NCBI GenBank assembly: GCA_044892505.1
Contig: CM097884.1
Span: forward strand, 29,698,001 to 29,762,000
DNA length: 64,000 bases
From: Schmidtea nova
Taxonomy: Eukaryota
Direction: 5' to 3'
The notes below the pieces were generated by a model. It had not been told where the DNA came from. It worked only from the letters and a program-made list of their open reading frames with translations, and made no database searches. Position numbers and translations under genes: made by a program. Shown in pieces: positions 24,001 through 36,000 of the stretch; the first letter of the stretch is position 1; every line of letters begins with the position of its first letter.

Positions 24001-27000
24001 ACGATCATATCATCAGATGAAGACATTAAATATTGCTCAGTTGAAATACAATTCGAAGAAACAAAGTCTCGCAACATAGAATCTGGCTACGAAATCAAGT
24101 CAACAATGAAAGAATGTTACAGCGAAACAGAGGTAAATAAAATAAATTCATTTTTACAAATAATGTCACTTATTCACTGCCTAAAATCTATTATGATGTC
24201 TTTAAAGATAAATACTGTTTTGAAACCTTTATCATAATATTTAATTTTTTAATCATATTTAATCATTGTTTATTTATTAACCTCTTCTTTGCAATTTTAT
24301 GTCTTAGTTTTATTAATTTACAAAATATTTCGAGTCATTTTAGAACTGTTTTCTTGTGTTTAGATTAAATCTGAAAACATTGCAACTGAAACTGGAATAA
24401 CAGAATTGATACATACGAGCTTGGAAAAAGATACAAAAGCTTCAAATAAGTTAACTGACTATAGAGCAGAGGCCATTGACATGAGCAATGAATCATTCAA
24501 AGATAGTGAAATTGTAGAAGTTTCTTTCGAAAAATTCAAAGACACAGTTGACTTTAGCGGTAGTGTAGAAAGTAAAATGATTGAAGTAGGAACAGAAACT
24601 TTCGGAGAAAAGCATAATGTATTCATCGATACGCTTACAAGTCATGAAGCTGAAATTAAATTCGAAGAAACTTTGACTGAGTTCATGTGTGAGACGGTAA
24701 ATAGTGAAAGCAGTTTTGAATGCAAATCAGTTGAAGAAAGCTGGAGTCAAGTTGGTGCAAAGGCAGTTGAAGTTGGTTCAGAATTCAGAAGCGTGATTGT
24801 AGAATGTTCAAGTGAATATACAATTAGTATGAGAGAAAGTCAGGTAGACCAAGCAATAAAAACTGAAGAAGTCGGTGTAATGACAGTAGGATTGATAGTG
24901 ATAGATGAGTCATCGGTGTTTGAATTGAGGTGCTGCACAGTTGAATGTGAAACTGTAGAAATCGTAGAAGAAATAATTCCTTTAGAGGCAAAGGAAGAGG
25001 AATCAGAAAGATTGTTAATTGAGAATGAAAGTGTAAGCTGGGAGATTCCAATGCTAGATATTGCTACTACAACAGTTAAGCCGACATTAGAAGATATTAG
25101 CACAGAAAATGTAATTGAGCATGTTGAATATAGTGGTGAATGGTGCCGAGAAATTAAGCATGAAAGTGAAATGTTTGAAACAGAGAAATCAGTTTACTCA
25201 ACAACGATCATATCATCAGATGAAGACATTAAATATTGCTCAGTTGAAATACAATTCGAAGAAACAAAGTCTCCCAACATAGAATCTGGCTACGAAATCA
25301 AGTCAACAATAAAAGAATGTTACAGCGAAACAGAGGTAAATAAAATAAATTCATTTTTACAAATAATGTCACTTATTCACTGCCTAAAATCTATCATGAT
25401 GTCTTTAAAGATAAATACTGTTTTGAAACCTTTATCATAATATTTAATTTTTTAATCATATTTAATCATTGTTTATTTATTAACCTCTTCTTTGCAATTT
25501 TATGTCTTAGTTTTATTAATTTACAAAATATTTCGAGTCATTTTAGAACTGTTTTCTTGTGTTTAGATTAAATCTGAAAACATTGCAACTGAAACTGGAA
25601 TAACAGAATTGATACATACGAGCTTGGAAAAAGATACAAAAGCTTCAAATAAGTTAACTGACTATAGAGCAGAGGCCATTGACATGAGCAGTGAATCATT
25701 CAAAGATAGTGAAATTGTAGAAGTTTCTTTCGAAAAACTCAAAGACACAGTTGACTTTAGCGGTAGTGTAGAAAGTAAAATGATTGAAGTAGGAACAGAA
25801 ACTTTCGGAGAAAAGCATAATGTATTCATCGATACGCTTACAAGTCATGAAGCTGAAATTAAATTCGAAGAAACTTTGACTGAGTTCATGTATGAGACGG
25901 TAAATAGTGAAAGCAGTTTTGAATGCAAATCAGTTGAAGAAAGCTGGAGTCAAGTTGGTGCAAAGGCAGTTGAAGTTGGTTCAGAATTCAGAAGCGTGAT
26001 TGTAGAATGTTCAAGTGAATATACAATTAGTATGAGAGAAAGTCAGGTAGACCAAGCAATAGAAACTGAAGAAGTCGGTGTAATGACAGTAGGATTGATA
26101 GTGATAGATGAGTCATCGGTGTTTGAATTGAGGTGCTGCACAGTTGAATGTGAAACTGTAGAAATCGTAGAAGAAATAATTCCTTTAGAGGCAAAGGAAG
26201 AGGAATCAGAAAGATTGTTAATTGAGAATGAAAGTGTAAGCTGGGAGATTCCAATGCTAGATATTGCTACTACAACAGTTAAGCCGACATTAGAAGATAT
26301 TAGCACAGAAAATGTAATTGAGCATGTTGAATATAGTGGTGAATGGTGCCGAGAAATTAAGCATGAAAGTGAAATGTTTGAAACAGAGAAATCAGTTTAC
26401 TCAACAACGATCATATCATCAGATGAAGACATTAAATATTGCTCAGTTGAAATACAATTCGAAGAAACAAAGTCTCGCAACATAGAATCTGGCTACGAAA
26501 TCAAATCAACAATGAAAGAATGTTACAGCGAAACAGAGGTAAATAAAATAAATTCATTTTTACAAATAATGTCACTTATTCACTGCCTAAAATCTATCAT
26601 GATGTCTTTAAAGATAAATACTGTTTTGAAACCTTTATCATAATATTTAATTTTTTAATCATATTTAATCATTGTTTATTTATTAACCTCTTCTTTGCAA
26701 TTTTATGTCTTAGTTTTATTAATTTACAAAATATTTCGAGTCATTTTTAGAACTGTTTTCTTGTGTTTAGATTAAATCTGAAAACATTGCAACTGAAACT
26801 GGAATAACAGAATTGATACATACGAGCTTGGAAAAAGATACAAAAGCTTCAAATAAGTTAACTGACTATAGAGCAGAGGCCATTGACATGAGCAGTGAAT
26901 CATTCAAAGATAGTGAAATTGTAGAAGTTTCTTTCGAAAAACTCAAAGACACAGTTGACTTTAGCGGTAGTGTAGAAAGTAAAATGATTGAAGTAGGAAC

Positions 27001-30000
27001 AGAAACTTTCGGAGAAAAGCATAATGTATTCATCGATACGCTTACAAGTCATGAAGCTGAAATTAAATTCGAAGAAACATTGACTGAGTTCATGTGTGAG
27101 ACGGTAAATAGTGAAAGCAGTTTTGAATGCAAATCAGTTGAAGAAAGCTGGAGTCAAGTTGGTGCAAAGGCAGTTGAAGTTGGTTCAGAATTCAGAAGCG
27201 TGATTGTAGAATGTTCAAGTGAATATACAATTAGTATGAGAGAAAGTCAGGTAGACCAAGCAATAGAAACTGAAGAAGTCGGTGTAATGACAGTAAGATT
27301 GATAGTGATAGATGAGTCATCGGTGTTTGAATTGAGGTGCTGCACAGTTGAATGTGAAACTGTAGAAATCGTAGAAGAAATAATTCCTTTAGAGGCAAAG
27401 GAAGAGGAATCAGAAAGATTGTTAATTGAGAATGAAAGTGTAAGCTGGGAGATTCCAATGCTAGATATTGCTACTACAACAGTTAAGCCGACATTAGAAG
27501 ATATTAGCACAGAAAATGTAATTGAGCATGTTGAATATAGTGGTGAATGGTGCCGAGAAATTAAGCATGAAAGTGAAATGTTTGAAACAGAGAAATCAGT
27601 TTACTCAACAACGATCATATCATCAGATGAAGACATTAAATATTGCTCAGTTGAAATACAATTCGAAGAAACAAAGTCTCGCAACATAGAATCTGGCTAC
27701 GAAATCAAGTCAACAATGAAAGAATGTTACAGCGAAACAGAGGTAAATAAAATAAATTCATTTTTACAAATAATGTCACTTATTCACTGCCTAAAATCTA
27801 TCATGATGTCTTTAAAGATAAATACTGTTTTGAAACCTTTATCATAATATTTAATTTTTTAATCATATTTAATCATTGTTTATTTATTAACCTCTTCTTT
27901 GCAATTTTATGTCTTAGTTTTATTAATTTACAAAATATTTCGAGTCATTTTTAGAACTGTTTTCTTGTGTTTAGATTAAATCTGAAAACATTGCAACTGA
28001 AACTGGAATAACAGAATTGATACATACGAGCTTGGAAAAAGATACAAAAGCTTCAAATAAGTTAACTGACTATAGAGCAGAGGCCATTGACATGAGCAGT
28101 GAATCATTCAAAGATAGTGAAATTGTAGAAGTTTCTTTCGAAAAACTCAAAGACACAGTTGACTTTAGCGGTAGTGTAGAAAGTAAAATGATTGAAGTAG
28201 GAACAGAAACTTTCGGAGAAAAGCATAATGTATTCATCGATACGCTTACAAGTCATGAAGCTGAAATTAAATTCGAAGAAACATTGACTGAGTTCATGTG
28301 TGAGACGGTAAATAGTGAAAGCAGTTTTGAATGCAAATCAGTTGAAGAAAGCTGGAGTCAAGTTGGTGCAAAGGCAGTTGAAGTTGGTTCAGAATTCAGA
28401 AGCGTGATTGTAGAATGTTCAAGTGAATATACAATTAGTATGAGAGAAAGTCAGGTAGACCAAGCAATAGAAACTGAAGAAGTCGGTGTAATGACAGTAA
28501 GATTGATAGTGATAGATGAGTCATCGGTGTTTGAATTGAGGTGCTGCACAGTTGAATGTGAAACTGTAGAAATCGTAGAAGAAATAATTCCTTTAGAGGC
28601 AAAGGAAGAGGAATCAGAAAGATTGTTAATTGAGAATGAAAGTTTAAGCTGGGAGATTCCAATGCTAGATATTGCTACTACAACAGTTAAGCCGACATTA
28701 GAAGATATTAGCACAGAAAATGTAATTGAGCATGTTGAATATAGTGGTGAATGGTGCCGAGAAATTAAGCATGAAAGTGAAATGTTTGAAACAGAGAAAT
28801 CAGTTTACTCAACAACGATCATATCATCAGATGAAGACATTAAATATTGCTCAGTTGAAATACAATTCGAAGAAACAAAGTCTCGCAACATAGAATCTGG
28901 CTACGAAATCAAGTCAACAATGAAAGAATGTTACAGCGAAACAGAGGTAAATAAAATAAATTCATTTTTACAAATAATGTCACTTATTCACTGCCTAAAA
29001 TCTATCATGATGTCTTTAAAGATAAATACTGTTTTGAAACCTTTATCATAATATTTAATTTTTTAATCATATTTAATCATTGTTTATTTATTAACCTCTT
29101 CTTTGCAATTTTATGTCTTAGTTTTATTAATTTACAAAATATTTCGAGTCATTTTTAGAACTGTTTTCTTGTGTTTAGATTAAATCTGAAAACATTGCAA
29201 CTGAAACTGGAATAACAGAATTGATACATACGAGCTTGGAAAAAGATACAAAAGCTTCAAATAAGTTAACTGACTATAGAGCAGAGGCCATTGACATGAG
29301 CAGTGAATCATTCAAAGATAGTGAAATTGTAGAAGTTTCTTTCGAAAAACTCAAAGACACAGTTGACTTTAGCGGTAGTGTAGAAAGTAAAATGATTGAA
29401 GTAGGAACAGAAACTTTCGGAGAAAAGCATAATGTATTCATCGATACGCTTACAAGTCATGAAGCTGAAATTAAATTCGAAGAAACATTGACTGAGTTCA
29501 TGTGTGAGACGGTAAATAGTGAAAGCAGTTTTGAATGCAAATCAGTTGAAGAAAGCTGGAGTCAAGTTGGTGCAAAGGCAGTTGAAGTTGGTTCAGAATT
29601 CAGAAGCGTGATTGTAGAATGTTCAAGTGAATATACAATTAGTATGAGAGAAAGTCAGGTAGACCAAGCAATAGAAACTGAAGAAGTCGGTGTAATGACA
29701 GTAAGATTGATAGTGATAGATGAGTCATCGGTGTTTGAATTGAGGTGCTGCACAGTTGAATGTGAAACTGTAGAAATCGTAGAAGAAATAATTCCTTTAG
29801 AGGCAAAGGAAGAGGAATCAGAAAGATTGTTAATTGAGAATGAAAGTGTAAGCTGGGAGATTCCAATGCTAGATATTGCTACTACAACAGTTAAGCCGAC
29901 ATTAGAAGATATTAGCACAGAAAATGTAATTGAGCATGTTGAATATAGTGGTGAATGGTGCCGAGAAATTAAGCATGAAAGTGAAATGTTTGAAACAGAG

Positions 30001-33000
30001 AAATCAGTTTACTCAACAACGATCATATCATCAGATGAAGACATTAAATATTGCTCAGTTGAAATACAATTCGAAGAAACAAAGTCTCGCAACATAGAAT
30101 CTGGCTACGAAATCAAGTCAACAATGAAAGAATGTTACAGCGAAACAGAGGTAAATAAAATAAATTCATTTTTACAAATAATGTCACTTATTCACTGCCT
30201 AAAATCTATCATGATGTCTTTAAAGATAAATACTGTTTTGAAACCTTTATCATAATATTTAATTTTTTAATCATATTTAATCATTGTTTATTTATTAACC
30301 TCTTCTTTGCAATTTTATGTCTTAGTTTTATTAATTTACAAAATATTTCGAGTCATTTTTAGAACTGTTTTCTTGTGTTTAGATTAAATCTGAAAACATT
30401 GCAACTGAAACTGGAATAACAGAATTGATACATACGAGCTTGGAAAAAGATACAAAAGCTTCAAATAAGTTAACTGACTATAGAGCAGAGGCCATTGACA
30501 TGAGCAGTGAATCATTCAAAGATAGTGAAATTGTAGAAGTTTCTTTCGAAAAACTCAAAGACACAGTTGACTTTAGCGGTAGTGTAGAAAGTAAAATGAT
30601 TGAAGTAGGAACAGAAACTTTCGGAGAAAAGCATAATGTATTCATCGATACGCTTACAAGTCATGAAGCTGAAATTAAATTCGAAGAAACTTTGACTGAG
30701 TTCATGTGTGAGACGGTAAATAGTGAAAGCAGTTTTGAATGCAAATCAGTTGAAGAAAGCTGGAGTCAAGTTGGTGCAAAGGCAGTTGAAGTTGGTTCAG
30801 AATTCAGAAGCGTGATTGTAGAATGTTCAAGTGAATATACAATTAGTATGAGAGAAAGTCAGGTAGACCAAGCAATAGAAACTGAAGAAGTCGGTGTAAT
30901 GACAGTAGGATTGATAGTGATAGATGAGTCATCGGTGTTTGAATTGAGGTGCTGCACAGTTGAATGTGAAACTGTAGAAATCGTAGAAGAAATAATTCCT
31001 TTAGAGGCAAAGGAAGAGGAATCAGAAAGATTGTTAATTGAGAATGAAAGTGTAAGCTGGGAGATTCCAATGCTAGATATTGCTACTACAACAGTTAAGC
31101 CGACATTAGAAGATATTAGCACAGAAAATGTAATTGAGCATGTTGAATATAGTGGTGAATGGTGCCGAGAAATTAAGCATGAAAGTGAAATGTTTGAAAC
31201 AGAGAAATCAGTTTACTCAACAACGATCATATCATCAGATGAAGACATTAAATATTGCTCAGTTGAAATACAATTCGAAGAAACAAAGTCTCGCAACATA
31301 GAATCTGGCTACGAAATCAAGTCAACAATGAAAGAATGTTACAGCGAAACAGAGGTAAATAAAATAAATTCATTTTTACAAATAATGTCACTTATTCACT
31401 GCCTAAAATCTATCATGATGTCTTTAAAGATAAATACTGTTTTGAAACCTTTATCATAATATTTAATTTTTTAATCATATTTAATCATTGTTTATTTATT
31501 AACCTCTTCTTTGCAATTTTATGTCTTAGTTTTATTAATTTACAAAATATTTCGAGTCATTTTTAGAACTGTTTTCTTGTGTTTAGATTAAATCTGAAAA
31601 CATTGCAACTGAAACTGGAATAACAGAATTGATACATACGAGCTTGGAAAAAGATACAAAAGCTTCAAATAAGTTAACTGACTATAGAGCAGAGGCCATT
31701 GACATGAGCAGTGAATCATTCAAAGATAGTGAAATTGTAGAAGTTTCTTTCGAAAAACTCAAAGACACAGTTGACTTTAGCGGTAGTGTAGAAAGTAAAA
31801 TGATTGAAGTAGGAACAGAAACTTTCGGAGAAAAGCATAATGTATTCATCGATACGCTTACAAGTCATGAAGCTGAAATTAAATTCGAAGAAACATTGAC
31901 TGAGTTCATGTGTGAGACGGTAAATAGTGAAAGCAGTTTTGAATGCAAATCAATTGAAGAAACCTGGAGTCAAGTTGGTGCAAAGGCAGTTGAAGTTGGT
32001 TCAGAATTCAGAAGCGTGATTGTAGAATGTTCAAGTGAATATACAATTAGTATGAGAGAAAGTCAGGTAGACCAAGCAATAGAAACTGAAGAAGTCGGTG
32101 TAATGACAGTAAGATTGATAGTGATAGATGAGTCATCGGTGTTTGAATTGAGGTGCTGCACAGTTGAATGTGAAACTGTAGAAATCGTAGAAGAAATAAT
32201 TCCTTTAGAGGCAAAGGAAGAGGAATCAGAAAGATTGTTAATTGAGAATGAAAGTGTAAGCTGGGAGATTCCAATGCTAGATATTGCTACTACAACAGTT
32301 AAGCCGACATTAGAAGATATTAGCACAGAAAATGTAATTGAGCATGTTGAATATAGTGGTGAATGGTGCCGAGAAATTAAGCATGAAAGTGAAATGTTTG
32401 AAACAGAGAAATCAGTTTACTCAACAACGATCATATCATCAGATGAAGACATTAAATATTGCTCAGTTGAAATACAATTCGAAGAAACAAAGTCTCGCAA
32501 CATAGAATCTGGCTACGAAATCAAGTCAACAATGAAAGAATGTTACAGCGAAACAGAGGTAAATAAAATAAATTCATTTTTACAAATAATGTCACTTATT
32601 CACTGCCTAAAATCTATCATGATGTCTTTAAAGATAAATACTGTTTTGAAACCTTTATCATAATATTTAATTTTTTAATCATATTTAATCATTGTTTATT
32701 TATTAACCTCTTCTTTGCAATTTTATGTCTTAGTTTTATTAATTTACAAAATATTTCGAGTCATTTTTAGAACTGTTTTCTTGTGTTTAGATTAAATCTG
32801 AAAACATTGCAACTGAAACTGGAATAACAGAATTGATACATACGAGCTTGGAAAAAGATACAAAAGCTTCAAATAAGTTAACTGACTATAGAGCAGAGGC
32901 CATTGACATGAGCAGTGAATCATTCAAAGATAGTGAAATTGTAGAAGTTTCTTTCGAAAAACTCAAAGACACAGTTGACTTTAGCGGTAGTGTAGAAAGT

Positions 33001-36000
33001 AAAATGATTGAAGTAGGAACAGAAACTTTCGGAGAAAAGCATAATGTATTCATCGATACGCTTACAAGTCATGAAGCTGAAATTAAATTCGAAGAAACTT
33101 TGACTGAGTTCATGTGTGAGACGGTAAATAGTGAAAGCAGTTTTGAATGCAAATCAGTTGAAGAAAGCTGGAGTCAAGTTGGTGCAAAGGCAGTTGAAGT
33201 TGGTTCAGAATTCAGAAGCGTGATTGTAGAATGTTCAAGTGAATATACAATTAGTATGAGAGAAAGTCAGGTAGACCAAGCAATAGAAACTGAAGAAGTC
33301 GGTGTAATGACAGTAGGATTGATAGTGATAGATGAGTCATCGGTGTTTGAATTGAGGTGCTGCACAGTTGAATGTGAAACTGTAGAAATCGTAGAAGAAA
33401 TAATTCCTTTAGAGGCAAAGGAAGAGGAATCAGAAAGATTGTTAATTGAGAATGAAAGTGTAAGCTGGGAGATTCCAATGCTAGATATTGCTACTACAAC
33501 AGTTAAGCCGACATTAGAAGATATTAGCACAGAAAATGTAATTGAGCATGTTGAATATAGTGGTGAATGGTGCCGAGAAATTAAGCATGAAAGTGAAATG
33601 TTTGAAACAGAGAAATCAGTTTACTCAACAACGATCATATCATCAGATGAAGACATTAAATATTGCTCAGTTGAAATACAATTCGAAGAAACAAAGTCTC
33701 GCAACATAGAATCTGGCTACGAAATCAAGTCAACAATGAAAGAATGTTACAGCGAAACAGAGGTAAATAAAATAAATTCATTTTTACAAATAATGTCACT
33801 TATTCACTGCCTAAAATCTATCATGATGTCTTTAAAGATAAATACTGTTTTGAAACCTTTATCATAATATTTAATTTTTTAATCATATTTAATCATTGTT
33901 TATTTATTAACCTCTTCTTTGCAATTTTATGTCTTAGTTTTATTAATTTACAAAATATTTCGAGTCATTTTTAGAACTGTTTTCTTGTGTTTAGATTAAA
34001 TCTGAAAACATTGCAACTGAAACTGGAATAACAGAATTGATACATACGAGCTTGGAAAAAGATACAAAAGCTTCAAATAAGTTAACTGACTATAGAGCAG
34101 AGGCCATTGACATGAGCAGTGAATCATTCAAAGATAGTGAAATTGTAGAAGTTTCTTTCGAAAAACTCAAAGACACAGTTGACTTTAGCGGTAGTGTAGA
34201 AAGTAAAATGATTGAAGTAGGAACAGAAACTTTCGGAGAAAAGCATAATGTATTCATCGATACGCTTACAAGTCATGAAGCTGAAATTAAATTCGAAGAA
34301 ACATTGACTGAGTTCATGTGTGAGACGGTAAATAGTGAAAGCAGTTTTGAATGCAAATCAGTTGAAGAAAGCTGGAGTCAAGTTGGTGCAAAGGCAGTTG
34401 AAGTTGGTTCAGAATTCAGAAGCGTGATTGTAGAATGTTCAAGTGAATATACAATTAGTATGAGAGAAAGTCAGGTAGACCAAGCAATAGAAACTGAAGA
34501 AGTCGGTGTAATGACAGTAAGATTGATAGTGATAGATGAGTCATCGGTGTTTGAATTGAGGTGCTGCACAGTTGAATGTGAAACTGTAGAAATCGTAGAA
34601 GAAATAATTCCTTTAGAGGCAAAGGAAGAGGAATCAGAAAGATTGTTAATTGAGAATGAAAGTGTAAGCTGGGAGATTCCAATGCTAGATATTGCTACTA
34701 CAACAGTTAAGCCGACATTAGAAGATATTAGCACAGAAAATGTAATTGAGCATGTTGAATATAGTGGTGAATGGTGCCGAGAAATTAAGCATGAAAGTGA
34801 AATGTTTGAAACAGAGAAATCAGTTTACTCAACAACGATCATATCATCAGATGAAGACATTAAATATTGCTCAGTTGAAATACAATTCGAAGAAACAAAG
34901 TCTCGCAACATAGAATCTGGCTACGAAATCAAGTCAACAATGAAAGAATGTTACAGCGAAACAGAGGTAAATAAAATAAATTCATTTTTACAAATAATGT
35001 CACTTATTCACTGCCTAAAATCTATCATGATGTCTTTAAAGATAAATACTGTTTTGAAACCTTTATCATAATATTTAATTTTTTAATCATATTTAATCAT
35101 TGTTTATTTATTAACCTCTTCTTTGCAATTTTATGTCTTAGTTTTATTAATTTACAAAATATTTCGAGTCATTTTTAGAACTGTTTTCTTGTGTTTAGAT
35201 TAAATCTGAAAACATTGCAACTGAAACTGGAATAACAGAATTGATACATACGAGCTTGGAAAAAGATACAAAAGCTTCAAATAAGTTAACTGACTATAGA
35301 GCAGAGGCCATTGACATGAGCAGTGAATCATTCAAAGATAGTGAAATTGTAGAAGTTTCTTTCGAAAAACTCAAAGACACAGTTGACTTTAGCGGTAGTG
35401 TAGAAAGTAAAATGATTGAAGTAGGAACAGAAACTTTCGGAGAAAAGCATAATGTATTCATCGATACGCTTACAAGTCATGAAGCTGAAATTAAATTCGA
35501 AGAAACTTTGACTGAGTTCATGTGTGAGACGGTAAATAGTGAAAGCAGTTTTGAATGCAAATCAGTTGAAGAAAGCTGGAGTCAAGTTGGTGCAAAGGCA
35601 GTTGAAGTTGGTTCAGAATTCAGAAGCGTGATTGTAGAATGTTCAAGTGAATATACAATTAGTATGAGAGAAAGTCAGGTAGACCAAGCAATAGAAACTG
35701 AAGAAGTCGGTGTAATGACAGTAGGATTGATAGTGATAGATGAGTCATCGGTGTTTGAATTGAGGTGCTGCACAGTTGAATGTGAAACTGTAGAAATCGT
35801 AGAAGAAATAATTCCTTTAGAGGCAAAGGAAGAGGAATCAGAAAGATTGTTAATTGAGAATGAAAGTGTAAGCTGGGAGATTCCAATGCTAGATATTGCT
35901 ACTACAACAGTTAAGCCGACATTAGAAGATATTAGCACAGAAAATGTAATTGAGCATGTTGAATATAGTGGTGAATGGTGCCGAGAAATTAAGCATGAAA

